Of a stretch of 64,000 nt of DNA, positions 38,016-47,224 are shown piece by piece. A program made the position numbers and the translations under genes. How positions within the stretch are numbered: the first letter of the stretch is position 1; every line of letters begins with the position of its first letter. The stretch comes from Minisyncoccia bacterium. Lineage in GTDB: Bacteria; Patescibacteriota; Minisyncoccia; Phycocordibacterales; UBA9973. Under the pieces are notes generated by a model, which was not told the origin of the DNA, did not search any database, and was given only the letters and a program-made list of their open reading frames with translations. The stretch is from the NCBI GenBank assembly GCA_049303835.1, contig JBAQNN010000003.1, positions 11,933-75,932 of the forward strand, given 5' to 3'.

Positions 38016-38534
38016 TTATTTCCCAAAAGTTTCAAACAAAACTTTCTTACTTTCGTTGTCTATGAATTCAGTGACGATGATCATCATTTCAGTCGTGAGG
38101 CTCAAATCTTTTTTTATGTTCATAAATAAGTGTTCAAAAGGGAAGGGGGAAATCCAGGCAGAATTTTTCAGGCACACAAAGCCGGCTTTTTTTAATAGGT
38201 AGCGCAGACTTTCACGTTCACTTTTTCTACTCTCCGGCAGGTCAAGTAAAATAATCCTCCAAAGTCCATCCCAGGAAGAGGGGACCAGCGCCTCTTCTCC
38301 CTCTAGGCGCAAAGCGTTTAATTTTGTTTTGCCTTCTTTGGTAATACGTACGAATTTTCGGTTGGAAGAATTTAATATTTCGGCGCATCCAGAATCTATA
38401 AGATTTTTTATGGAACGAGTTATAGCATAAGAGGTTTTGGAATCACCCCCATCTTTAAAAGATTCAAGTGGGATGGCTGGTTTTTCTCCCAATATTTTCA
38501 ATATTTTATTGGAATATTTAGATTTGCTTGACAT
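38016..38534 (-). CDS. PaaX-like winged-helix transcriptional regulator, divergent from dnaK
   Basis: N-terminal wHTH; WDGLWRIILLDLPESRKSERESLRYLLKKAGF block resembling the PaaX core. Confidence 0.4.
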   Translation of the reverse strand: MSSKSKYSNKILKILGEKPAIPLESFKDGGDSKTSYAITRSIKNLIDSGCAEILNSSNRKFVRITKEGKTKLNALRLEGEEALVPSSWDGLWRIILLDLPESRKSERESLRYLLKKAGFVCLKNSAWISPFPFEHLFMNIKKDLSLTTEMMIIVTEFIDNESKKVLFETFGK

Positions 38535-38653
38535 AGATATATCCTATCATATATACTACTTTTATACAAATAATTAGTGGTCGCAAAATTTAAGTCAAAT
38601 AAACATTATAAGCTTACCCGTCAAAAGTATGGGTAATAAATATATAAAAAAAT

Positions 38654-40555
38654 ATGAGTAAAATAATAGGCATAGATTTGGGTACAACAAATTCGGCAGT
38701 GGCCATCATTGAAGGTGGCGCTCCAAAAATTGTGGAAAATGTGGAGGGGAATCGTACAACTCCTTCAGTCGTAGCCATAGCGAAAAATAGCGATAGGATT
38801 GTCGGTCTTTTAGGTAAAAGACAAGCTGTAACAAATCCTGAAAATACTATTTATGGTATCAAGCGTTTTATGGGGCACAACTTTGACGATCCAGAAGTGC
38901 AAAAAGATTTAAAGAATGCTTCTTTCAAAATACAAAAATCTACCAATGGAGGAGTAGAAATAAAAATTGGAGATAAGTGGATGCGTCCGGAAGAAATTTC
39001 CGCGATGATTTTGTCAAAAATAAAATCCGACGTGGAAGCGAAGCTCGGAGAAAAAATTACTGAAGCGGTCATTACCGTGCCGGCATATTTCAATGATGCG
39101 CAAAGAAAGGCGACAAAGGATGCGGGACAAATTGCGGGCTTGGATGTAAAACGTATCATCAATGAACCGACGGCAGCTGCTCTTGCTTATGGGTTTAATA
39201 AAAAGAAAAATGAAAAAATTGTAGTGTACGATTTTGGTGGGGGAACATTTGATGTGTCTGTGCTCGAGATAGGTGATGATGTCATTGAAGTAAAGTCTAC
39301 CGACGGAGACAGCCATCTGGGTGGACGTGATATTGACCACAAGATTATCAATTGGATAGCGGAAGAGTTCAAAAAAACTTCCGGAGTGGATGTCCGTGGA
39401 GACAAGCTTGCCTTGCAACGTTTAGATGAAGCGGCAGAAAAAGCAAAAATAGAACTTTCTACTGCCATTGAGAGTGAAATAAACATTCCTTTCATTACTT
39501 CTACTACAGAGGGTCCTCAACACCTACTTCTTAAAATGACTCGTGCTCAACTTGAATCAATTGCCGAAGAATATATAAATAGATCTATAGAAATTACTAA
39601 ACGAGCAATGGCTGCTTCTGGTTTCAAGATTGAAGATATGAATGAAATAATAATGGTTGGTGGACAAACTAGAATGCCAAAAATTGTGGAAGAAGTGAAG
39701 AAAGTTTTTGGTAAGACCCCAAATCTTTCCATTAATCCCGATGAAGTTGTGGCTCTCGGAGCTGCCGTACAGGCAGGAGTTTTAGCAGGAGATGTTCGTG
39801 ATGTTCTACTCTTGGACGTGATTCCTTTATCTCTAGGCATTGAGACCTTAGGCGGAGTAGCTACAAAATTAATTGAACGCAATACCACTATCCCTTCAAA
39901 TAAATCTCAAGTATTTTCTACAGCTGCCGATAATCAAACTTCAGTAGAAATACATATAGTACAAGGAGAACGTCCTATGGCCTCTGATAATAAATCTTTG
40001 GGACGATTTATTTTAGATGGTATTCCACCAGCTCCTCGCGGGATGCCACAGGTTGAAGTTGCGTTTGATGTGGATGTGAATGGCATTTTGAATGTGACGG
40101 CAAAAGATAAAGCTTCTGGTAAAACTCAGTCTATCAGGATTGAAGCAAGTTCCGGCTTAAAAGAAGAAGATATTAAGAAAATGCAAGCGGATGCGGAACT
40201 GCATGCGGAAGAAGATAAGAAGAAAAAAGAAGTGGTAGATGTGAAAAACACCGCGGAAATGAGTATTTACACAGCGGAAAAAGCGCTAAAAGATAATGAA
40301 GCAAAAATCCCGGCCGAATTAAAAGACAGTGTAAATACGAAAATTACCGCCTTGCGCGGAGTGAAAGACGGCACCGATGGCGAAGCGATTAAAAAAGCCA
40401 CTGAAGAACTTTCTGTGGAAATGTCCAAAATTGGCGAAGCGATAAGTAAAGCCGGAGCTGAAACTCCACCGACAACTCCACCAGAAGAACAAAATGAAGA
40501 AGTAAAGGAAGCAGAAGTTAAAGAAGAAAAAGAAGGAGAGGAGCCAAAAGCGTAA
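38654..40555 (+). CDS. dnaK: molecular chaperone DnaK (Hsp70)
   Basis: [18 protein letters not shown], full NBD plus SBD, 633 aa. Confidence 0.95.
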   Translation: MSKIIGIDLGTTNSAVAIIEGGAPKIVENVEGNRTTPSVVAIAKNSDRIVGLLGKRQAVTNPENTIYGIKRFMGHNFDDPEVQKDLKNASFKIQKSTNGGVEIKIGDKWMRPEEISAMILSKIKSDVEAKLGEKITEAVITVPAYFNDAQRKATKDAGQIAGLDVKRIINEPTAAALAYGFNKKKNEKIVVYDFGGGTFDVSVLEIGDDVIEVKSTDGDSHLGGRDIDHKIINWIAEEFKKTSGVDVRGDKLALQRLDEAAEKAKIELSTAIESEINIPFITSTTEGPQHLLLKMTRAQLESIAEEYINRSIEITKRAMAASGFKIEDMNEIIMVGGQTRMPKIVEEVKKVFGKTPNLSINPDEVVALGAAVQAGVLAGDVRDVLLLDVIPLSLGIETLGGVATKLIERNTTIPSNKSQVFSTAADNQTSVEIHIVQGERPMASDNKSLGRFILDGIPPAPRGMPQVEVAFDVDVNGILNVTAKDKASGKTQSIRIEASSGLKEEDIKKMQADAELHAEEDKKKKEVVDVKNTAEMSIYTAEKALKDNEAKIPAELKDSVNTKITALRGVKDGTDGEAIKKATEELSVEMSKIGEAISKAGAETPPTTPPEEQNEEVKEAEVKEEKEGEEPKA

Positions 40556-40561
40556 CTTCTA

Positions 40562-40586
40562 AAAAGCCCCATATGGGGCTTTTTAG
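40562..40586 (+). terminator. rho-independent terminator after dnaK
   Basis: aaaaa-gcccc-atat-ggggc-ttttt. Confidence 0.7.
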
Positions 40587-40616
40587 TTTAGTAAATATTT
40601 GATATAATTTATATAT

Positions 40617-42632
40617 ATGGAACTTCCAGAGATACCTATAAATAAAGATGTCACCTATCTCGGGCTCACTACTTTTCGCGATAAAAATCAGCTTTTTGGT
40701 ATTAAGCGCAAAGACAGACGTCAGCATGTTTATATTTTAGGAAAGTCTGGTACCGGTAAATCTGTGCTGATGTTTAACATGATTATCCAAAACATTCAGA
40801 ACGGTGAAGGAGTCTGTATGGTTGACCCGCACGGGGAAAACGTAGAAGCTGTCCTGTCCGCCATCCCTCCACACCGCATGAAAGATGTGATCTATTTCAA
40901 TCCCGCCGACGCGGATTACCATATTGGTTTTAATGTGTTGGAACTAGTAGACCCACAATACAAACATTTGGTAGCTTCGGGCCTCATGGGTATCTTTACG
41001 AAAATCTGGGCGAACGCTTGGAGTGCTCGTATGGAATATATTTTGAACAATACTATCCTTGCTCTTCTAGATACTCCAGGGACAACTCTCTTGGGTATCC
41101 CCAGAATGCTCGTGGACAAAGATTATCGTCAAAAAATAATTTCTAATTTGAAAGACCCTGTCATCAAAGCTTTTTGGGTGCATGAATATGAGGCTTGGCA
41201 AGACAAGTTCCGAAACGAAGCTATTGCGCCAATTCAAAATAAAGTTGGACAATTTCTCTCTACTTCTATTATCCGAAATGTCGTAGGTCAATCCAAGAGT
41301 ACCATCAATATTTTTGACATGATGAACGATGGAAAGATTTTTTTGGTGAATGTTTCCAAAGGACGCATCGGTGAAGACAACTCCGGTCTCTTGGGGGGCA
41401 TGATCATTACAAAAATTCAGCTGGCTGCTATGGAACGCGTACGTATTCCCGAGGATCACCGAAGAGACTTTTACCTTTATGTGGATGAATTTCAAAATTT
41501 TGTGACGGATGCTTTTGCCGGAATATTGTCTGAAGCGCGTAAATACAGGTTAAATCTAACTGTGGCGCACCAATATACCGCTCAACTGGTGGTAGACAAA
41601 AGCTCTGCTGTGCGTGACGCAGTGTTTGGCAACGTGGGCACGATGATAATTTTCCGGGTTGGTTCCGATGATGCGGATTTCTTGGAGAAAGAATTTGACC
41701 CGGAATTTACCCCACAAGACATTGTGAATTTGCCGAACTACAAAATTTACCTAAAGCTGATGATAGATGGGGTGACTTCCAGACCGTTTTCCGCCAAAAC
41801 CTTACCTCAAATGGTAAAGTCCGGAGATAAAAAAATAGAAGAGGAGGTTATAAAAACTTCCCGTGAATTATACTGTAGACCGAGAGAAGTAGTAGAACGA
41901 GAAATAAATGAGTGGAGTGAGATGTCTCTGGGGGATCATGAATATTCTTCTTCGGGTAGCGGAGGAAACTTAGAAAAATTTCCAATTACTTGTTCACTTT
42001 GTGGGCTTCAAAAAACCGTGCCTTTCAAACCAGAACCAGGGAGACCGGCATATTGTAAAGAATGTATAGCTAAAATAAAATCAGGAGAAGTAAAAGTAGA
42101 AAAGAAAGGCAAAGATCAAATTGCCTATGATGAATCAAAGTTTTATAAACCCTTGGCAGACCTAGGGATAGAATTTGAACAGAAAGATAGGGGTGGAGCT
42201 GAGCCTGCTCACCAATTGGCGGGTGTAGAAGAAAATAAATTTATTTCTCCGACACAAAGACCAACAACACCCCCTCCAACAAATAAGCCAAGTGTCTTTG
42301 GAGCTATCAAAAAAGTATTTACCAAACCAAAACCTATCCGTTCGGCAAGCGGGGACAATCTGGGGCTCAAGGAGGTTTTAAATAAATCTTTACCAACGCC
42401 AGTATCTTTAAATTCTTTAAAAAACAATATACAGGAAACTAAAAAATCCATCCATTCTAACGTAGATCGTGCTGCTACCAGCGAAGACATGAATAAGTTA
42501 AAAGATTTGATTAAAGAAAAGACTGAACAAAAAAAAGAAGAAAATTATCAAAATAAAAACAAAACTTCGCCCGTTGACGGGTTACCGACGAGAGAAGTGC
42601 CGGAAGACGTTCTAAAGAAAGTTTTGGAATAA
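40617..42632 (+). CDS. soluble FtsK/HerA-superfamily P-loop ATPase of the T4SS coupling-protein (VirD4/TrwB/TraD) or VirB4-like clade, with C-terminal CxxC-x17-CxxC zinc ribbon and disordered tail
   Basis: Walker A ILGKSGTGKS; VDPHGE; Walker B YLYVDEFQNF; ARKYRLNLTVAHQYTAQL and FGNVGTMIIFRVGS blocks typical of TrwB/VirD4; no N-terminal TM; C-term CSLCG...CKEC. Confidence 0.55.
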   Translation: MELPEIPINKDVTYLGLTTFRDKNQLFGIKRKDRRQHVYILGKSGTGKSVLMFNMIIQNIQNGEGVCMVDPHGENVEAVLSAIPPHRMKDVIYFNPADADYHIGFNVLELVDPQYKHLVASGLMGIFTKIWANAWSARMEYILNNTILALLDTPGTTLLGIPRMLVDKDYRQKIISNLKDPVIKAFWVHEYEAWQDKFRNEAIAPIQNKVGQFLSTSIIRNVVGQSKSTINIFDMMNDGKIFLVNVSKGRIGEDNSGLLGGMIITKIQLAAMERVRIPEDHRRDFYLYVDEFQNFVTDAFAGILSEARKYRLNLTVAHQYTAQLVVDKSSAVRDAVFGNVGTMIIFRVGSDDADFLEKEFDPEFTPQDIVNLPNYKIYLKLMIDGVTSRPFSAKTLPQMVKSGDKKIEEEVIKTSRELYCRPREVVEREINEWSEMSLGDHEYSSSGSGGNLEKFPITCSLCGLQKTVPFKPEPGRPAYCKECIAKIKSGEVKVEKKGKDQIAYDESKFYKPLADLGIEFEQKDRGGAEPAHQLAGVEENKFISPTQRPTTPPPTNKPSVFGAIKKVFTKPKPIRSASGDNLGLKEVLNKSLPTPVSLNSLKNNIQETKKSIHSNVDRAATSEDMNKLKDLIKEKTEQKKEENYQNKNKTSPVDGLPTREVPEDVLKKVLE

Positions 42633-42637
42633 TAGAT

Positions 42638-44098
42638 ATGTCTAAACCAAATAGGGTACAAATAATAAAATACGCTCCGCCTCCACCAGAGCTACCTGTT
42701 TTCGGAAAAGTGAAACCAGAAGAGGTTTCTTTTATTGGACGTACAAATTATGTAGCTTCTTTGGAAGAGAAAAAATTTATTTTTGGCATCAAACGTGTAG
42801 ATCGCCGAAGACATTTATATATCATCGGAAAGTCTGGTGTGGGCAAAAGTAAACTACTTGAGTTGTTGATGCGTCAAGATATAGTCTATGGCCACGGTAT
42901 TTGTTTGATTGATCCACATGGAGATGAGATAGACGCTATCTTAAACTTTATACCAAAAGAACGTATTCACGATGTCTGCATTATTGACCCTACAGACTTA
43001 GATTTTCCTGCTTCTTTTAATCCACTTGCCAACGTTGATCCTTTGTTCAAGTTTCAGTTGACACAGGGTTTGATAGAAGTTTTTCAAAAACAATTCGGAG
43101 CGAACTGGACTCCTCGCTTGGAGCATGTCTTTCGTTTTACTTGTCTGGCACTCTTGGACTATCCACATGCCACGATGCGGGGCATGATTTCAATGTTGAC
43201 GGACAGAAATTACAGGCAGAAAGTAGTGGAATATATCACAGATGATATGGTAAAAAGATTCTTTGCTATTGAATTTGCCGATTGGTCCGAGAAATTTGAT
43301 ACGGATGCCATCATCCCGCTCGTAAACAAACTAGGGCAGTTTCTATCCGATCCACTTCTCCGAAACATCTTCGGACAGAAGCAAAATAAAATAGACATCA
43401 GTGAGTTGATGAACCAACAAAAAATTATTTTGATAAACCTTTCCAAGGGCCGTCTCGGAGAAGAAAACTCCTCTTTCCTGGGTTCAATGTTCTTGACGAA
43501 AATAAAACAAGCGGGGATGGAGCGTGCAGCTATCCCAGAAAAAGATCGCAAAGATTTTTATCTATATGTAGATGAGTTTCAGAATGTCGTCACCCAAACT
43601 TTTGAAAATATTTTATCAGAGGCGAGAAAGTATGCCTTGAATTTGACCATTGCCCATCAGTATGTCGGACAGATTTTGCCGAAAGTACATCAAGCAGTAT
43701 TGGGTAATTGTGGGAGTGTCATTTCTTTTCGTATTGGTGGAGAAGATGCCGTTAAAATGAAACCCGAGTTTGCGCCGGTTTTTGACGTGAAAGATATGAT
43801 TAATCTGGCAGTGGCAGAATTTTTTGTCAAAATGACTATTGATGGAGAATCTTATGACCCATTTTCGGCGGAAACACTCCGAGTGCTTCTACCGACCCAC
43901 CCTTCTTATAGAGAAGAAATAATTGAAGCTTCTCGTGAAAAATATTCAATACCAAAGGATGATGCTGCAAAACTTATCGCAGAAGAGGAAGCGACAATCA
44001 TCAGGAGTGCAGAAGAAAAAGCGATAATTGAAGGGAAAATAGCAAAGGAAGGAAATTCAGAAAATAAAACTTCACAAGAGGCTGAGCCTATGATATAG
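42638..44098 (+). CDS. second soluble VirD4/TrwB/VirB4-like P-loop ATPase (paralog of the upstream gene)
   Basis: FGIKRVDRRRHLYIIGKSGVGKS, IDPHGDE, YLYVDEFQNV, ARKYALNLTIAHQY; about 45% identity by eye to the upstream gene. Confidence 0.55.
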   Translation: MSKPNRVQIIKYAPPPPELPVFGKVKPEEVSFIGRTNYVASLEEKKFIFGIKRVDRRRHLYIIGKSGVGKSKLLELLMRQDIVYGHGICLIDPHGDEIDAILNFIPKERIHDVCIIDPTDLDFPASFNPLANVDPLFKFQLTQGLIEVFQKQFGANWTPRLEHVFRFTCLALLDYPHATMRGMISMLTDRNYRQKVVEYITDDMVKRFFAIEFADWSEKFDTDAIIPLVNKLGQFLSDPLLRNIFGQKQNKIDISELMNQQKIILINLSKGRLGEENSSFLGSMFLTKIKQAGMERAAIPEKDRKDFYLYVDEFQNVVTQTFENILSEARKYALNLTIAHQYVGQILPKVHQAVLGNCGSVISFRIGGEDAVKMKPEFAPVFDVKDMINLAVAEFFVKMTIDGESYDPFSAETLRVLLPTHPSYREEIIEASREKYSIPKDDAAKLIAEEEATIIRSAEEKAIIEGKIAKEGNSENKTSQEAEPMI

Positions 44099-44113
44099 TT
44101 TTCCAATAAAATT

Positions 44114-44770
44114 ATGAAAAAAGACTACTATGAAATTTTAGGAGTTAGTAAAAATGCCTCCAAGGAGGAAATAAAAAAAGCTTTTTATAAGTTGGCACAC
44201 AAACATCATCCTGATAAAAAAGGAGGTGATGAAGCTACTTTTAAACAGGCCAATGAAGCCTACCAAGTACTTTCTGATGACTCTAAACGTTCTCAATACG
44301 ATCAGTTTGGAGCTGGCTTTGAAAATATGGGGCAACAACAAGGTGGATACGGGCAAGGCTTTGGTGGCTTTGAAGGATTTGATTTTTCCGGTTTTCAAAA
44401 CGGAAGCGCGGAGTTTGATTTTGGGAATTTAAACGACATTTTCAGTGATTTCTTTGGTGGAGGAATGGGCGGTTTCCGTTCTACCCGAACTCCACGTGGT
44501 AGAAATATGCAAACGGAAATACAGATTTCGGTAGTAGATTCAATATTAGGAGTAGAGAAAAAAATGATATTGGGTGGGCGCAAAGAAATAACAATCAAAA
44601 TTCCCGCCGGTATTCAAAATGGGCAGACTCTCAAAATGACCGGTTATGGAGAAGAAATAAAAAATGGCAAACCGGGGGATTTATTTATAAAAGTAAGTAT
44701 AAAATTTCCCCATAAAATTTCTCAAAAGGCTCGGGATCTTTTAGAACAGCTCAAAAAAGAGGGGATTTAG
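44114..44770 (+). CDS. J-domain co-chaperone (DnaJ-like, lacks zinc-finger CxxCxGxG domain)
   Basis: J domain with HPD (DYYEILGV...HPDK), G/F-rich region, one C-terminal beta-sandwich domain; 218 aa. Confidence 0.7.
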   Translation: MKKDYYEILGVSKNASKEEIKKAFYKLAHKHHPDKKGGDEATFKQANEAYQVLSDDSKRSQYDQFGAGFENMGQQQGGYGQGFGGFEGFDFSGFQNGSAEFDFGNLNDIFSDFFGGGMGGFRSTRTPRGRNMQTEIQISVVDSILGVEKKMILGGRKEITIKIPAGIQNGQTLKMTGYGEEIKNGKPGDLFIKVSIKFPHKISQKARDLLEQLKKEGI

Positions 44771-44773
44771 ACT

Positions 44774-45385
44774 ATGTTTCCTGAACAGATTATCTTTGTT
44801 GGAGTACTTATTAACCTAGTTGGGTTAATTTGGTATATAAAAAATATAATTTCCGGTAGCACCAAACCGAATTTAATTTCCTGGTTTATTTGGAGTTTGG
44901 CTCCTTTTATAGGGGTGTTTTTCCAGATTAAAGCGGGGGCAGGATTTTCTACCTTGCCGATATTTATGGCAGGATTTACTTCACTCGTGGTCATAACAAT
45001 TTCGGTTTTGAAGAAAAATGGATATTGGGAAATAAATATTTTTGATGTTGTTTGTGGAATAATTTCTTTATTTGCTTTGATTTTATATGTTTTTACCCAC
45101 AATTTAAGCGTATCAATATTATTCGCCATTATTAGTGACGCCCTGGCTTATATCCCAACCATTAGGAAATCATGGAGTTTCCCGGAAACTGAAACAGGCC
45201 TGATGTATATCACCGGTATCGTGAGCAACCTTATAGGCTTACTTACGATAAACACGTGGACCTTCCCAATTTATTCTTTTGGAGTTTATATTATATTATT
45301 TAATGCGATGGTAGTATTTTCAATCTATCGCAAGAAAATATTAAATATGCTATATTTCAGGAATGACAAACAGAATGAAAAATAA
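44774..45385 (+). CDS. hypothetical polytopic membrane protein (about 6 TM)
   Basis: hydropathy only. Confidence 0.35.
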   Translation: MFPEQIIFVGVLINLVGLIWYIKNIISGSTKPNLISWFIWSLAPFIGVFFQIKAGAGFSTLPIFMAGFTSLVVITISVLKKNGYWEINIFDVVCGIISLFALILYVFTHNLSVSILFAIISDALAYIPTIRKSWSFPETETGLMYITGIVSNLIGLLTINTWTFPIYSFGVYIILFNAMVVFSIYRKKILNMLYFRNDKQNEK

Positions 45386-46226
45386 ATTTGTTACAGTTTC
45401 CGCGATTCAGACGGCGGTATCTTCTGACCAAAGGGCAAATCTGATTAAAACCGCAAAACTAGTGGAACAGGCTGCAAAAAAGGGCGCCCAGATTATTTGT
45501 CTGCAAGAGCTCTATCGGACCATATATTTTCCGCAGTATAAGAATGCGAAAAAAGATGATTTTTCAGAAACAATCCCGGGCGAGTCTACGAGGGTTTTTT
45601 CTGCAGTCGCAAAAAAATATAAAGTGGTAATTATTGTGCCGATTTATGAAAAAGATAAAGAAGGACGTTTCCATAACTCCGCAGTAGTTATAAATACAGA
45701 TGGAAAGCTTATGCCGACTTATAGAAAAATTCATATCCCACAAGACCCTCTTTTTTACGAGAAAAATTATTTTGCAGACGGCAACGGGGGATACAAAATA
45801 TACAAGACGAAATATGCTACCTTCGCGGTTTTAATTTGTTATGACCAATGGTTCCCAGAAGCGGCCCGCGCGGTAAAGCTTGCCGGAGCGGACGTCGTGT
45901 TTTATCCGACAGCGATAGGAACTATCGTGGGAGAAAAACAAAAAGAAGGGGATTGGCATAATGCTTGGGAGACAATTATGCGCGGACATGCCGTGGCCAA
46001 CAGTCTTCATATCGTGGCTGTAAACCGCGTCGGGAAAGAAGACAAATTGAATTTCTGGGGGCAGTCTTTTATCTGCGATGCCTTCGGTAAAATTATTAAG
46101 AAAGCGGGGAAACTGAAAGATGAAGTTTTAATATCAAAAATTAATTTATCCAGCAATAAAATTGTTGAAGAAGAATGGGGTTTTATGAGAAATCGTCGCA
46201 CAGATACCTATAAAAAACTTTTATGA
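45363..46226 (+). CDS. aguB: N-carbamoylputrescine amidase (CN-hydrolase family)
   Basis: nitrilase-superfamily Glu/Lys/Cys context (ICLQELY..., C at LICYDQWFPE); co-oriented with and overlapping aguA. Confidence 0.75.
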   Translation: MTNRMKNKFVTVSAIQTAVSSDQRANLIKTAKLVEQAAKKGAQIICLQELYRTIYFPQYKNAKKDDFSETIPGESTRVFSAVAKKYKVVIIVPIYEKDKEGRFHNSAVVINTDGKLMPTYRKIHIPQDPLFYEKNYFADGNGGYKIYKTKYATFAVLICYDQWFPEAARAVKLAGADVVFYPTAIGTIVGEKQKEGDWHNAWETIMRGHAVANSLHIVAVNRVGKEDKLNFWGQSFICDAFGKIIKKAGKLKDEVLISKINLSSNKIVEEEWGFMRNRRTDTYKKLL

Positions 46227-47221
46227 TGTCCGGAGAATGGGAACAACACAAGGTGACCTGGCTCGCGTGGCCGAATGATGACGACTTTTTCCAAGATAGA
46301 ATGGAAAAAGTAAAAGGCGTATACTTAAAAATAATTCTGGCGCTTCACAAGGACGAGACCATAAAAATTCTGGTTCTAAACCAAAAGGTGGAAGATGAAG
46401 TACGTAATGTATTACGTAATAGTAATGTTGATGTTTCTAAAATCGTTTTTTACCAAACGGAATATGTGGATGTGTGGATACGAGACTATGGTCCGACCTT
46501 CATAAAAAACGCGGGAAATGTAAAATGGATAAAATGGAATTATAATGGATATGGAGGCAAGTTCCCAGAACTTTTCCCCGACAATGAGGTTTTTAATAAT
46601 TTAGAAAAAGAAGTTTCTGGTGAAAAAATAGATATAAACATTGCCATGGAGGGGGGAGCAATAGACAGTAATGGACAAGGTGTTATTGTAACCACAGAAG
46701 AATGCTTGGCGCTTAATCGTAATAAAGACAAGTCAAAAAATGAAACAGAAGAAATTCTTAAAAATAGTTTGGGAGCAAAAAAGGTGATTTGGCTCAAGAG
46801 AGGAATCTTTAATGACCATACGGACGGGCATATAGACGAAGTGGCGCGATTTGTAAGCCCGAATAAAATTTTGCTTGCGTATGAAGAAAATACAACAAAT
46901 GAAAATTACGAAAGGCTGAAAGAAAATTTGGAAATTCTAGAAGAGTCCACTGACCAAGATGGAAATAAATTTGAAATAATTAAACTGCCGATGCCTCATA
47001 TGAAGTATGATGATGGCACCAAGGCGCCGGTTTCTTACGCGAATTTCTATATTGGCAACAGAACGGTCTTGGTCTCTCTGTTTAATGATGAAAACGATGA
47101 AAAAGCTATTTCAATAATTAAATCTTGTTTCCCCGACAGGGAAGTCGTCGGGATAGATTGTACGGATCTTATATATGGAGGAGGAGCTCTTCACTGTATC
47201 ACTCAACAAGAGCCCAAATAG
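46223..47221 (+). CDS. aguA: agmatine deiminase
   Basis: GEWEQHKVTWLAWPN N-term and C-terminal ...GGALHCITQQ catalytic Cys typical of agmatine/peptidyl-arginine deiminases. Confidence 0.8.
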   Translation: MMSGEWEQHKVTWLAWPNDDDFFQDRMEKVKGVYLKIILALHKDETIKILVLNQKVEDEVRNVLRNSNVDVSKIVFYQTEYVDVWIRDYGPTFIKNAGNVKWIKWNYNGYGGKFPELFPDNEVFNNLEKEVSGEKIDINIAMEGGAIDSNGQGVIVTTEECLALNRNKDKSKNETEEILKNSLGAKKVIWLKRGIFNDHTDGHIDEVARFVSPNKILLAYEENTTNENYERLKENLEILEESTDQDGNKFEIIKLPMPHMKYDDGTKAPVSYANFYIGNRTVLVSLFNDENDEKAISIIKSCFPDREVVGIDCTDLIYGGGALHCITQQEPK

Positions 47222-47224
47222 AAT

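Noticed and set aside
38535-38653. CIRCE heat-shock operator upstream of dnaK
   Set aside because: No TTAGCACTC-N9-GAGTGCTAA or close variant was found in this or the grpE and clpB upstream regions.
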